A stretch of 64,000 bases of DNA, taken from contig NC_043004.1 of the NCBI RefSeq assembly GCF_006345805.1, positions 9,920,001-9,984,000 on the forward strand, read 5' to 3'. The notes below the pieces were generated by a model that saw only the letters and a list, made by a program, of their open reading frames with translations, searched no databases and was not told where the DNA came from. How positions within the stretch are numbered: position 1 is the stretch's first letter; each line of letters starts with the position of its first letter. The DNA comes from Octopus sinensis. Taxonomy: Eukaryota. Positions 24,636 to 38,239 of the stretch are shown here, in pieces. Position numbers and translations under genes: made by a program.

Positions 24636-25439
24636 TTGTGTTTTGGCCTTAATAGTCGTGCTTGCTTAATCTTCTACGTGTTTTTGAATTTACTACGTTT
24701 GTACTAGATGGGGAAAAAAATTTCTCCTAGGATATTTTGCCGATAAGAAGACTGGAATATTTTTCTGTCCATCCCGTTCACCTTGAACATGTTTATATTT
24801 TCATATTCTGTAAACAGTTTTTAGTAGAATTATAAAAACAATTTCAGCTTATCAAGGAGCAGTAAAAGTGTTCGTCACAGTGGTTGTAGCACTCGTGTAA
24901 ATAGATACGCCCCCTCACATGGAAAACTATAAGAATATTAACACAAATTAAAAGACAAAACAAACAAATAACGTCCTCCTACAAATGGCAAACAGAGACA
25001 ACAAACAATACAAACAAGAAAATAATGAACCTTTAAAAAAACAAAGTAGAATGAAAAGGTTTTTCAAGCGGAGCCAACCACAAAGACAACAAAAAAAGAA
25101 AAGAAAACGGCAGATGTTTGTTACAAGAGGTTGTGCTTCCTTGCCTGTGCAATGCATACAGGAACTGTGAGAAGGAGGGCAAATTCTTGTGAATTACTAA
25201 AAAACGGAGAAAATTTCTAAAACAAGTGCAGGAAGATCTGGTCGGTGTGTAAAGATGTAAAAGAAGTGATTTCCAGTAACTGGGGTTAGATATTTGGTAA
25301 TAGTTGTCTGGATTTTATTACGAAGGACGAGGCAAAATGACAGGCTGGTTTGATGTGTCACACCCCTGGACACAGATTCATAGTCCTACACTTGCACCAG
25401 TTTAACATATGGGTATCATTGACAGCCATAATAACTCTT

Positions 25440-25602
<163 letters not shown>

Positions 25603-25964
25603 TTAACGGATGGGAAATATAGACAAAGACATGATAAATGGAATATTCGCAGCTGAGTTTTCCTCATCAGTCTATGAGCCAAAATATCATAGTGGTTTCG
25701 CACCATTATCAATGAGACCAGTCAATCTTGGAGGCGACAGTGCAGTTATTAAGCTACTGAGAAAAAGCTAGCGTATGTATATTAAAACAGAAACAACAGA
25801 CAAAGAATCATGCATATATAACAGTACGAAGACTTACGGCTATATACAACAGTAGGAAAAAAATAATTATACAAATACCACAAATGCAACAGAAAGAGCT
25901 TTGCAGCTGCCGAACGGACTTAGCGGGGTTGCACAAGGTGAAATGGATATATATATATATATAT

Positions 25965-26370
25965 ACTCTTTTACTCTTTTTACTCTTTTACTTGTTTCAG
26001 ACATTTGACTGCGGCCATGCTGGAGCACCGCATTTAGTCGAGCAAATCGACCGCAGGACTTATTCTTTGTAAGCCCAGTACTTATTCTATCAGTCTCTTT
26101 TGCCGAACCGCTAAGTGACGGGGACGTAAACACACCAGCATCGGTTGTCAAGCAATGCTAGGGGGACAAACACACACACATACACATATATATATATACA
26201 TATATACGACAGGCTTCTTTCAGTTTCCGTCTACCAAATCCACTCACAAGGCATTGGTCGGCCCGGGGCTATAGCAGAAGACACTTGCTCAAGATTCCAC
26301 GCAGTGGGATTGAACCCGGAACCATATGGTTGGTTAGCAAGCTACTTGCCACACAGCCACTCCTGCGCCT
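25965..26370 (-). mobile_element. SINE family A, full length
   Basis: Complete reverse-complement copy: head AGGCGCAGGAGTGGCTGTG, internal TA/CA tract, (AAAAGAGT)n tail. Confidence 0.9.
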
Positions 26371-26811
26371 ATATATGCATATTGAGTGTCCATAACATAC
26401 CTTTACAATTTAGAAATGCATATAAAATAATGAAGTGTATGGATAACTCGGTGTATTTCATTGGAAAACACAGGTAAAGTTTTATTAGAAACATCAGAAT
26501 ACTTTCATACGGGCTCCATTGATTGTACGAAATAAATAGATACAATAAATTGTGGGTGCTGTAAAGATAATTTATGGACACCTTGTAGTTGTTGTTATTG
26601 TCATCATTGTCATTGTTAATATTTGTTGTTTCGATAAGTACCAGTTAGACATTGGGGTCGGTCTAGTCGACTTTCACCCTCCTCCGAACTTACTGGCCTT
26701 GTGCCAAAAGTTGAAATCAATATTTGTTGTTATTGTTGCTGCTGTTGTTATCGTTGTTATTCTTGTTGCTGAGTTACTCTTATCGCTGTCGCCATTGTTA
26801 TTGCTGCTGTT

Positions 26812-26995
26812 GTCTAGCCCCAGGCCAGCTCCGAGTCAATCAACCCAATCATTAGAAGGCAATCCGACCGTGATCATCCCGTCGTTCTTGGACTACATTA
26901 TTCAATTGTTTTCCATTTTAAGACAGATGATTTATAATTTCAGGGAGATTTGGCTACTATTTCTCGCAAACCAAAAGACTGCTTAGAGTCTCCTT
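26812..26995 (+). mobile_element. Family E
   Basis: TAGCCCCAGG...GTGATCATCCCGTC...AGGGAGATTTGGCTACTATTT. Confidence 0.55.
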
Positions 26996-27068
26996 CGTTG
27001 CAGTTGTTGTTGCAATTGATGTTATTACTATTATGTTTGTTATTGTTTTTGCTGATATTTAGCCCCAT

Positions 27069-27290
27069 GAAGGCGGCGAGCTGGCAGAGACGTTAGCACA
27101 CCGGGTGACATGCTTAGCAGCATTTCGTCATTCTTTACGTTATGAGTTCGAATTCCGCCGAGGTTGACTTTGCCTTTCATCTTTTCGGGGTCGATAAATT
27201 ATGTACCAGTGAAATACTGGGGTCCATGTAATCGACTAGTCCCCTCCTACCGAATTTCAGGACTAGTGCCGATAGTAGAAAGGATATTTA
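27069..27290 (+). mobile_element. SINE family B
   Basis: GAAGGCGGCGAGCTGGCAGA head; GAGTTCGAATTCCGCCGAGG. Confidence 0.85.
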
Positions 27291-27368
27291 ACCTCAGGAT
27301 CGCCCTGATTCATCACTCATTTCAACAATTCGTTCAAGCCATGACCATCCTATGATTTTTTTATATTC

Positions 27369-27532
27369 AGGCGCAGGAGTGGCTGTGTGGTAAGTAACTT
27401 GCTTACCAGCCACATAGTTATAGGTTCAATCCCACTTCGTGGCACCTTGGGCAAGTGTCTTCTACTATAGCCTCAGGCCAACCAAAGCCTTGTGAATGGA
27501 TTTGGTCGATGGAAACTCAAAGAAGCCCGTCG

Positions 27533-27567
<35 letters not shown>

Positions 27568-27773
27568 GTTTGTGTGTCTGTGTTTATCCCCCTAGCATTG
27601 CTTGACAACCGATGCTGGTGTGTTTATGTCCCCGTCACTTAGCGGTTCGGCAAAAGAGACCGATAGAATAAGTACTGGGCTTACAAAGAATAAGTCCCGG
27701 GGTCGATTTGCTCGACTAAAAGGCGGTGCTCCAGCATAGCCGCAGTGAAATGACTGAAACAAGTAAAAGAGTA
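27369..27773 (+). mobile_element. SINE family A, full length
   Basis: A-box-like TGGCTGTGTGG, B-box-like GGTTCAATCCC, CORE-like GCACCTTGGGCAAGTGTCTT, internal microsatellite, AAGTAAAAGAGT tail. Confidence 0.9.
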
Positions 27774-28350
27774 ACTACATAGTCCAAAACGTCTTTCATT
27801 TTTTTTTAAAGATGCTAGAATGTGATTTGAGGGATATCTAATTGCTATTTCTAGCAAACTGAACATCATAGTAGTGGCTTCATTGGATGAAGTCTTTGGT
27901 ATTGTGTTGTTGTTAATGCCGTTGCTGACAATACGTTATTGCAGCTGTTGTTTTTGTTGTTGCAGTTGCTTTTGTAGTTATTGTTGACGTTGCCGTTGCA
28001 CTGTTGTTGTTCTTGTTGTTACCTTTGTTAATGTTGTTAGGTTTGCCGTCATTAACTAATACCGTTCTTATTGTTGCTGTTGGTTTTAGTGATGCGTTTT
28101 TGTTGTTAATACTGACATTGTTATGCTGCTGCTGCTGCTACTGCTGCTGCTGCTACTGCTGCTGCTGGTGTTTCCGCTATTGTTTTTAATGATGTTGCTG
28201 CGGTTCTCGCTGTTGTTGTTGTTGTTGTTGTTGTTGTTGTCTAAGAGTCGACGATAATCAAGTCCGAAAACTACAGAGTGGAACAAAATAATTAGAGAAC
28301 CACGAAAGAAGAAAGCTAAAAGAAAAAAAAATTAACTATATATACATACA

Positions 28351-28397
<47 letters not shown>

Positions 28398-29012
28398 TAT
28401 ATAAACACATATAGAAGTAAAATAATGAATAAATAATAAACAAAGATATAAAATTAAGTAAAGATAAAAAAAAAACCTTCTCGCAGAAGAGGAATAATGA
28501 AATAAACAAACTGCTGACAAGAAACAAACTCATTAGTCAGTTAGTTTTGATTATAAATATGCCTTCATTTAGATTTGTGTGAGAAAAAACGCCCCTCCAT
28601 ACGACCACCATCATAAAAAACAAATGACTTACACACACAAACACGCGAATAACAGTTACATGTGACGTACCATATAATATGCACAGATACATATCTCACA
28701 CATATACACAGACGTTACACATGCATACACCACGCATATATTTACGTGTATGCATGCACATAATTGCATATGAGTGTCTTAAAATAAAAATGTTCAGTGT
28801 GATCAAAACGCTTATAATTACAATAATTGTTTCTAATTTAGTCACAAGGCCAGTACTTTTGAGAGGAGGGGCTTCGTTGAAATCATTGACCCACTAGCCT
28901 GGCTGGTGGTATTTTATTTTATCTGTCAAGAAATATGGAAATAGGTCTCTATTTATAACATGTCCCGAAGGGAATTCTTCTATAAGTAGTAGCTTATAAT
29001 ATGTTGGTCTGT

Positions 29013-29320
29013 GAAGGCGGCGAGCTGGCAGAGTCGTTAGCACGCTGGGCGAAATGCGTAGCCGTATTTCGTCTGCCGTTACGTTTTGAGTTCAAATTCT
29101 GCCGAGGTCGACTTTGCCTTTCATCCTTTCGGGGTCGATAAATTAAGTACCAGTTACGCACTGGGCTCGATGTAATCGACTTAATCCCTTTGTCCGTCCT
29201 TGTTTCTCCCCTCTGTGGGCAATAAAGAAATAAGAAACGTTTGCACGCCGAGCATAATTGCTTAGCCGCATTTACGTTCTGAGTTCAAATTCCGTCGAGA
29301 TCGACTTAGCCTTTCATCTA
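29013..29320 (+). mobile_element. SINE family B plus tandem partial copy
   Basis: Full head/body to ~29235, then a second GAGTTCAAATTCCG..GATCGACTTAGCCTTTCATC. Confidence 0.85.
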
Positions 29321-29968
29321 GGTTATAGAAGATGTCTAGTTCCAGACACTGATGTCGATGTAATAGACTAGTCACCTCCCACCAAAATTTTGTAGAAAAG
29401 ATAACATATTGGGTTGTGGTTAGTGGTTAATGATCGTAAGATTGCGGTTTCGATTCCTGGACCGAGCAGTGCTCTAGTCCTCTCGGCTGGTAAAAATAAA
29501 TAATCCTGCGATAGACCGACGTCCTGTTTAGGGAGGAATATATACGTCCGGGAAACCGGCTCCATGCTCCTGATCCCCTCAGACAGAGACAGGAGGAATC
29601 TACGGGTGGGACTCGAACGACGCATCTTCTGTAACCTAGACAGATGTACTACCAATTTAATTTGATGGGAAAAAACAAAACAAAAATAAAACGGGAGACT
29701 GCTTTAGTGTAATTGTTTGAGTTAGAGGAGATACATGGTTCGAGTCGTGCAGGCTGCTTTCTACCATTTTTCTGTCAAAGGGACTTTGTTATAAAGTATT
29801 ATTTCTGGGATGTTATAAAGTATTATTTATGAGACGATATGGCGCAGCTGTATGGGCGCAGTTGATTTGAAACAGCTGGCTGGATATTCAGCCTGCTCTG
29901 GCGATAACAGTTTTTGAAGCAAACACACGCACGCGGAAATATATACATAAAAATAGAAAGAGTAGGGA

Positions 29969-30008
<40 letters not shown>

Positions 30009-30026
30009 GAGAGTGAGGAAGAGATG

Positions 30027-30118
30027 GAGACATAACAGTTGAGTAATTGAACACGATTGACATAAACTCTTTTCATCTCCCCATACACAAAGAGAAATAT
30101 GCTCACGCACTTAAACAA

Positions 30119-30153
<35 letters not shown>

Positions 30154-30262
30154 TGGAGATAGACGGAGGGAGAGAGACATAATTGATTAATTGAATACGA
30201 TTGGCATAAATCTTTTCATTCTCATACGCATAAAGAAAGATATGCTCACATACATAAGAGAA
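30027..30262. repeat. Diverged ~147-bp tandem duplication among (AG)n tracts
   Basis: GAGACATAA..TTGAA.ACGATTG.CATAAA..CTTTTCAT...ATATGCTCAC occurs at ~30027 and ~30174. Confidence 0.75.
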
Positions 30263-30302
<40 letters not shown>

Positions 30303-30727
30303 CAGGGGGAAGGGTCGATGAGAAGGGAGAACAAGGAAAACATCTAAACGTTTGATGTGAAGTCAGCGTCGAATCTACGATGATACGAAAAAAGCGACGC
30401 CAAATAAGCTACGCCAAATAAGCAACGCCAAAACGACTGTGCCCAAAGCTTTCATAACCATTATTATCGAAATGCGTTGTTGACATATAAATTTATTTAG
30501 TTATTTATCGATTCTTCTATGTTTACGTTCTAAATGTAAAAGAAATTTTTCCACTGGTAAGATTAAAACTTTTTGCTTTGATGGTAGCAAGAACATGAAG
30601 CTGCTTTAGTGTAATATCGACCTCGGTAGCATTGAAGGAAATATTGATTTCAGTATGATTTGAACTCAGAACTTGGAATAAATACTGCAAGGTATATTAT
30701 TCGACTCTCAAACAATTCTGTCCGTTT

Positions 30728-30742
30728 GCTGCTGCTGCTGCA

Positions 30743-30839
<97 letters not shown>

Positions 30840-30870
30840 ACTACTACTACTACTACTACTACAACGGCTG

Positions 30871-30911
<41 letters not shown>

Positions 30912-30925
30912 GCTGCTGCTGCTAT

Positions 30926-30958
<33 letters not shown>

Positions 30959-30987
30959 AGCTGCTGCTGCTGCTGCTGCTGCTGCTG

Positions 30988-31028
<41 letters not shown>
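30728..31028. repeat. Compound (CTG)n/(CTA)n microsatellite
   Basis: Directly visible. Confidence 0.95.
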
Positions 31029-31029
<1 letters not shown>

Positions 31030-31205
31030 ATGGCTTCAAATTTTGCCAAAAGGGCTGCAATTTCGTGGGAGGGGATGAGTCGATTACATCGACCCCAGTG
31101 TTTCACTGGTACTTAATTTATCCACCCCGAAAGGATAAAAGGCAAAGTCGACCTCGGCGGAATTTGAACTCAGAACGTAGCGACGGAAAAAATGCCGCTA
31201 ACCAT
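31029..31205 (-). mobile_element. SINE family B
   Basis: Reverse complement of the B body and B box. Confidence 0.8.
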
Positions 31206-31554
31206 TAAGGGTTCATCAAAATGTCGAGGGCGGCCGAAAATGATAGGATGTGGGGTTATATAAAAGCGTGTAAACCATAAAATAATAGAAACAATGAAAG
31301 GAAAAATTTTCAAGAAATTTCTCAAAGAGGGAAGACTTACAAGGGCTGTACGTCGAAATCCCACGAAACCAAGGCCACCCTGACTACAAGAGCAAGCACC
31401 TTCTTATCCTTCTCTCTCCATCTGCAGGCGAATATTCAGAGCAAAGCCATTCACTCGGTCACCCACGTAACTCATTCACCTTTCATGCTCCACCCTCATA
31501 CTCTCTTTTTAGTCTTAATTGTTTCAATCATTTGACTGTGGCCATGCTGCAGCA

Positions 31555-31709
31555 TGTTTATTTTGATATGAGATCACCATGTCGCGCACATATGGTTGTG
31601 ATACATGTGCCTAGTGTACCCTTATCAGACGAGTAGTCATGATGGGTATATTGGGCTTCGTATATTTTACCCCAGTGTCACTTTGATGGCATGCATTGCT
31701 GTCTCACTC
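31555..31709 (+). mobile_element. Family D, truncated copy with (ACT)n tail
   Basis: Same right end as the other D copies but followed by (ACT)n. Confidence 0.8.
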
Positions 31710-31734
31710 ACTACTACTACTACTACTACTACTA

Positions 31735-31770
<36 letters not shown>

Positions 31771-31772
<2 letters not shown>

Positions 31773-31992
31773 ATGGTTTCAATTTTTTCCACAAGGGCAG
31801 CAATTTTGGGTGAGGGGATTAGTCGATTACATCAACTCCAGTGTTCAACTGGTACTTAATTCATCGACCACGAAGGGATGAAAGCCAAAGGCGACCTCGA
31901 CGGAATTTGAACTCAGAACGTAGCGACTAGCGAAATATATACCGCTAAGCATTTCGCTCGGCATGCTAACGAGTCTGCCAGCTCGCTGCCTT
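31771..31992 (-). mobile_element. SINE family B
   Basis: Ends GCCAGCTCGCTGCCTT (reverse complement of the head). Confidence 0.85.
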
Positions 31993-32232
31993 AATAATAA
32001 TAATGATGACGACAACAACAACAACAATTTTTTCTCCTTATCGGGCAGGAACGTCCATTGCTGACCTCCTTACCATCTGCCGAATCTATTTACAGAACTG
32101 TAGAATTTGGTCTATTCGCCAAGCTGCTTCTCTTCCTCCTACTATTCCCTTCAACCCTCACATATTTATGATTATCTCAAGTACAAGACAAAAGTTGAAA
32201 CTAAACAACATTTAATAATAATAATAATAATA

Positions 32233-32272
<40 letters not shown>

Positions 32273-32273
<1 letters not shown>

Positions 32274-32744
32274 TGGTATAAAAGATGGGCTACAGCAAAT
32301 ATTCTGCTCAATACCACAGATTTGCTTGTCAGTTGTTTGACCTTAACCAGTTGAGCATGTCCCTTAGTGGCTGACGATATGTGCATCTCTGATCACGAGC
32401 AGAAGTAGTGGGGGAGCATCATAGCCATGTGTTGAGAAGGATTCTTTGGGGTTTGAATAATTCACCTCTGGAAACATGGGTGTTTCGTTCAACGTCCTTA
32501 AACAACCCTTATTCAGGGACCTTTTGAGCGGGATGGGTTACTCGATCTGAAGAAAATTCTAACTGGGCTCCACCTGCAAGGTCATGTGCTGTTTATCTTG
32601 ATATGAGATCACCATGTCGCGCACATATGGTTGTGATGCATGTGCCTGGTGTACCCTTATCAGACGGGTAATCATGATGGATATACTGGGCTTCGTATAT
32701 TTTACCCCAGTGTCACTTTGATGGCATGCTCTGCTCGCTCACTC
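32273..32744 (+). mobile_element. Family D, longest copy (472 bp)
   Basis: Flanked on both sides by (AAT)n; no tRNA boxes and no ORF recognised. Confidence 0.8.
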
Positions 32745-32766
32745 AATAATAATAATAATAATAATA

Positions 32767-32837
<71 letters not shown>

Positions 32838-32838
32838 T

Positions 32839-34116
32839 AACGAAACCTCATGTCGGATCAGAGGAAATATTAACAATGACAAATAGTAAAGAAATGAAAA
32901 TAATATCAGTGATGGTAATAATAATAATGAAAGGAAACGGTTGGAATCTCCCCATGTCCTGATTGATGATACATCTATGGATGGTGTCACAATAAAAACA
33001 TTGGTAATTGTGCAAACTGATAATCGCTACCTCATATGAGTGACAATAAAAAAACAAAATATAGTGAATAACGGTGGTAATGAAACTGAAGCCCTTGACA
33101 GTGACAGTGTTGCACCCGGCAGGCTCAGAGAGATACTAGTCCGACTCCAGCCTGTCGTAATCCAGCAAAGGACCAGCACACATGGTGTAGATGGAACAAA
33201 CAAGTCAATACTGTGGTCATGGAGTTTTACTACCTGAGTAACTCGTAGACGAAAATGGTGTTCGTATTAGGGCAACATATGTATGATCAATGGAGAGAAG
33301 GAGTATATTTTCAATTAACAGAACAGAGATTATGTGATCAAGCTAGAGCTATAAGAAAAACTCGGTGGTTCACAGAAGTAGAGCACGAAGCTATCAAAAG
33401 ACGTGTATTGGAAAACAGTAGCAGAGGAAACGATGAAAAATACAGTTTTTACTGATAAAAGTAATCTCGTAGTAGAAAGTGATAAGTGCAGAATTTGTGG
33501 ACAAAATGGTGAGACCGTATGGCATAATACCAATCAATGTACGCCACTAGCCCAGAAAGAATATAAGAGACGTCATGACAACATAGCAAGGATTGTCCAT
33601 TGGACACTTTGCAACAGATATGGACTTGGCAGAGCCAAAAAGTGGTACGAACCCGAAGGCATCATCGAAAATGATAATGCGAAGATCCTATGGGATTTTA
33701 TGATTCAGTGCGACTATGAGATAGAGAATAGGAAACCAGATATTGGTGTTAATTGGGAAAGAATGCAAACGATGCTGGATCATAGATATAGCATGCCCAG
33801 CTGACAACAAGGCACGCGATAAGGAAGAAAGAAAAGTCTATAGATATGACAAGTTAACTTGGGAGGTTAAGTAGTTGTGGTCGTTGAAAAAGGTGGTAGT
33901 AGTACCAATAATTGTCGGAGCCCTGGGGACAGTGAATTAAAATCTTGAGAAGTATATGGAACAATGATGCCGCAAGTAGGGTGGAGCACTTGCAGAAAAC
34001 AGCACTGCTTGGAACCGCTCGAATACCCCGGGTGGTGCTCGAAAATAAGGATAGTTATTTCAGTTCACTGGTAGTACATCTTCAGCGTTAGAAGCTGTGC
34101 AAAGACAAAAAGAAAA
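32839..34116 (+). mobile_element. Internally deleted R4/Dong-type LINE
   Basis: N-terminal EQRLCDQARAIRK motif (~33320-33360), then CRICG..ETVWH...C zinc knuckle, ILWDF..RKPDI RLE motif and ALLGTARI-like end; no RT domain between them. Confidence 0.8.
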
Positions 34117-34121
34117 TAATA

Positions 34122-34580
34122 ATCTCTGATCACGAGCAGAAGTAGTAGGGTGCATCACAGCCACGTGTTGAGAGGAATTCTTTGGGGTTTGGATAATTCA
34201 CCTCTGGAAACATACGTTTTCCGTTCAATTTTTTTAAACAACCATTATTCAGGAAACTTTTGAGCAGAATGGGCTATTCGACCTGAAGAAAATTCTAACT
34301 GGGCCCCGCCTGTAAGGTCATCGCTGTTAATCTTGATATAAGTTCACCATGTCCCCGCACATATGGTTGTGATGCATGCGCCTGGTTTCCTATTCTCTAT
34401 CTCATAGTCGCACTGAATCATAAAATCCCATAGGATCTTCGCATTATCATTTTCGATGATGCCTTCGGGTTCGTACCACTTTTTGGCTCTGCCAAGTCCA
34501 TACCTGTTGCAAAGTGTCCAATGGGCTTCGTATATTTGCACACCAGTGTCACCTTGATAGTATGCACTGCTCTCTCACTC
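34122..34580 (+). mobile_element. Family D carrying an inverted R4/Dong patch
   Basis: Collinear with 32273-32744 except that 34382-34524 is the reverse complement of 33597-33739. Confidence 0.8.
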
Positions 34581-34640
<60 letters not shown>

Positions 34641-35033
34641 TTCAAATTTTGGCACAAATCCAGCAATATCGAAGGAGTGGGTGTAATAATAATAACGATG
34701 ATGATGATGATGATGATACGACGGCAACAATGCTAATGTTTTTTTCTATTTGCCTAAAGGGGCAACAACTGATGAAAGATGTGACAATGATGAAGTACAA
34801 AAGATCAAAGAGCGACGCCGGTTTGTGTTTTATATCCCTGTAATAAATTACAGTTATAAAATTCTTAACTTGATAAGTTTATAATTATAACTTGATGAGA
34901 ATTTTGTAACTTGATTCTTTGTCTAGTCTTCCTAATAAATTAGGAAAAAGTAGAAAGAAAATCGAGAAAATAATGATTGAATTTGAATAAATATCACGTA
35001 AGATCTGACATAGGATGATTATTACATTTACCA

Positions 35034-35059
35034 CTAGAAGTGGTACCCGGCGTTGCTCG
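35034..35059 (-). mobile_element. Solo Helitron 3' terminus
   Basis: A-CTAG-AAGTGGTA-CCCGGCGTTGCTCG has the same layout as the 18196 terminus. Confidence 0.55.
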
Positions 35060-35093
35060 AAGAGCAAATGCACACGTACACACATATTATGTA

Positions 35094-35161
<68 letters not shown>

Positions 35162-35267
35162 TATATAATACACACATTCAGATATTATTTACATGTATAA
35201 TACATATGTTTACATATATATGTATGATATATACACGAATATGCAATACATGCATACTTCTGTATAT

Positions 35268-35328
<61 letters not shown>

Positions 35329-35399
35329 TACACACACACAGACACACACACACACATACACATACATATATATATGTACGTGTGTGTGCGTGCGTGCGT

Positions 35400-35598
35400 G
35401 TGTGTCCCAACCACAACTTGACAACTAGTGTTGGTGTATGTTTGCCTCCCTGTAACTTAGCGGTTCGGCAAAAGAGACCGATAGAATAAGTACCAGGCTT
35501 AAAAAAGTTCTTGGCTTGATTCCTTCGACTAAAAAACTCAAGGTGGTGCTCCAGCATGGTCGCAGTTAAATGACTGAAAGATTTAAAAAAGTAAAAGA
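35400..35598 (+). mobile_element. SINE family A, 3' half
   Basis: TAGCGGTTCGGCAAAAGAGACCGATAGAATAAGTAC...GCTCCAGCATGG. Confidence 0.8.
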
Positions 35599-36407
35599 TA
35601 ACTATGAATTTAAGGAAGAAATGACATATTCTACAGATGAATATTTTGTATTTCATATTTGTTATAAAGACACGAAGCTTTCTTTTTCACTCATTAAATA
35701 CACACGTTCATTAGAAGTGTGTGTGTCTGTGTATGTGTGTGTGTGAATGTATGTGTGTGTGCGTATCTAAGTGTGTGCGTATGTATGTGTGTATATATCT
35801 GTGTGTGTGAGTGCATGTATCTGTACGACTTCATTTGCACATCTTCGTTATAATTGACTTTTTCGGTGTCTAATCGACGTGTGTGTGTGTGTGTGTGTGA
35901 AGTTCTGCGCATTTTCTTAATTTTTGTTGTTGTTAGAAATAATGTAAAACTTTTGTGAACGTTGTTGGTATAATAAGGAACTAAAAATTTTCCGTCTGAA
36001 GCTTGTAGCAGCCAACCCTGAATCAAAATTTTCCAGGCACAAGAGCTTATATAAAAAAGAGAGTAAGTCAAAACAATTGATTGCGACAGTTCATAGTTTA
36101 CCCTAAAATTAAAAAAAAACCCCAAAAAAAACGTATTGACAAACAGAATTTGAATTTTAGTATGATATCGATGAATTCAAGAAAGGAAGGTATCTAATGA
36201 AACTAGGATACTATTGTAAAATATTCAATGGAAGCCTACAAAATTATTTAGTAAAAAACAATAAAAAGCTACGACAAGAATCTATAGATAACGAACAAGA
36301 TAAAAACTGTTTTCTGATTTCAAGTAAACCATCAAATATAAAAGAGATAAACCAAAACTAAACGAATAGTTGGACAGCAGAATGACATGTAAGACAAACT
36401 TCTACAT

Positions 36408-36730
36408 CAGGGGTTCTCAAAATTTCCTTTTATCTATGACCCCTTTGATTACTATTTTATTTTGATGAACCCCCATAGCCATTCAATATTTTAAAACTAG
36501 TTTTATAGAAACTTCTTTCAAACTTGCTATTTTGTTTTACACACATTAACTCGTGTAGGCTGAACTATGTAAAATGTTAGAGAAAGAAACATGGCTGTTT
36601 TTTTTTACAATACATACCAATACATACAGCTAAAGCAAAATTTTTTCAGGGACCTTTAAAATTCTATTGTTGATCCTCAATTTACTCTTTTGTTGCATGA
36701 ACCCGCCAAAAATCTTATAGGGACCCACTG
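36408..36730. mobile_element. Degenerate hAT MITE
   Basis: Left CAGGGGTTCTCAA, right ...GGACCCACTG; imperfect 8-bp TSD TTCTACAT / CTCTATAT. Confidence 0.6.
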
Positions 36731-36754
36731 CTCTATATGATCAATACTTGGAAA

Positions 36755-36990
36755 TAAAAGTAAGTGAAAGGGTTAGAAAGAGACAAAAATTTCAGGACTG
36801 GCTGAGATATACAGGAATATAAGTTGAGACTGAAAGATCTTTGATTGCCGTACAGGTTCAAAACCTTTCTACCAGATACCATAAAAGACATCTATGGAGT
36901 AGAATACATCAAATAACTGCAGAACATGTGAAGGATAGGAAGAAAATATTTACTAAATTTGTCTCGCAATAAAAATAAGACTACTGAAAG
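36755..36990 (+). mobile_element. Degenerate R4/Dong fragment
   Basis: ETERSLIAVQVQNLSTRY resembles the ETE..IA.QDQ...TR motif preceding the R4 zinc knuckle; joined to a 3' end (AATAAAAATAAGACTACTGAA). Confidence 0.55.
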
Positions 36991-37123
36991 AAAAGAATAT
37001 TTTATTTGCTATAAGGGCGATGAATGGTGGGGTCTTTAAGAGGATAAATTGCAATCAGTGGGTTGGGTTAATCAAAATCTATTATGATAAAAAAAAAATC
37101 AGTGGTAAACATCTGAAAATATA

Positions 37124-37278
37124 CTGTATTTACTCGTGTATAAGTCGTACTTTTTCATACTTGGCTTTAACTGAAAACCTAAGTTACAAGTTATAAAAGA
37201 GACAAAGCCAAAATTAAAAAGGGGGAAAAATTTTGAACTGAGATTTAACACTGAATTAGGAATACGACTTATACACAG
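37124..37278. mobile_element. pogo/Tigger-like MITE remnant
   Basis: TA+CTGTATTTACTCGTGTATAAGTCG with inverted CGACTTATACAC at ~37265; right end incomplete. Confidence 0.45.
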
Positions 37279-37667
37279 CACTGGATTAACCACTATGCAA
37301 AATAAGTACGTGCTTAGGGCAACAAGGGAAGTGGGGAAACCACAGAAATGGTAAATGGTTTACGACACAAAAGAAAACACTTTAAACTTACTAAAATAAA
37401 CATTATTGAGTGAACCTTTCCAAATGTAGACATTGCCTTTTGTATATTTTTGACATTAATGGTCACAAATTGCTCGTTTTCTCATTTGAATTATATTAAA
37501 ATCCTATAAGAATCCATAAGAACAACAAGGTTGGCTGGATGCCTTATCTCTACTAAGTATAGAAGAAAATGTATTACGTAAGATTAATTTTGAGGATCTG
37601 ATCAAAGACTTTTCAACGAAAAAATGTAGGAGAAAACTTTTCAAATATAAATGAAGTAGAAGCATAC

Positions 37668-38084
37668 AGGCTCAGGAGTGGCTGTGTGGTAAGTAGCTTG
37701 CTAACCAACCACATGGTTCCGGGTTCAGTCCCACTGCGTGGCACCTTGGGCAAGTGTCTTCTGCTATAGCCCCGGGCTGACCAATGCCTTGTGAGTGGAT
37801 TTGGTAGACGGAAACTGAAAGAAGCCTGTCGTATATATGTATATATATATATATATGTATGTGTGTGTTTGTGTGTCTGTGTCTGTCCCCCTAGCATTGC
37901 TTGACAACCGATGCTGGTGTGTTTACATCCCCGTCACTTAGCGGTTCGGCAAAAGAGACCGATAGAATAAGTACTGGGCTTACAAAGAATAAGTCCCGGG
38001 GTCGATTTGCTCGACTAAAAGGTGGTGCTCCAGCATGGCCGCAGTCAAATGACTGAAACAAGTAAAAGAGTAAAGAGTAAGAGT
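37668..38084 (+). mobile_element. SINE family A, full length
   Basis: Complete head, microsatellite, body and tail. Confidence 0.9.
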
Positions 38085-38239
38085 ATACAAAAATAACCAT
38101 TATTTTCCATCTTAATGCGAATTTAGTTTCATTTTGAAAAATGAAAATTCATTTTATGGTTTATTATTGTTTGTTTTGATTTACGAATAGATGGGGGCAC
38201 GAAAGTCTTTTAAGTGCTTAGAGCCTCTATGGATCTCAA

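Noticed and set aside
29699-30615. 15-bp direct repeat CTGCTTTAGTGTAAT as a possible TSD
   Set aside because: The first copy continues into a degenerate tRNA-like head (GGTTCGAGTC) and a similar motif recurs near 45165, so it is more likely a dispersed SINE-head fragment.
36037-36062. 26-nt candidate micro-exon (ttttccag|...|gtaagt)
   Set aside because: Too short to evaluate without RNA data.
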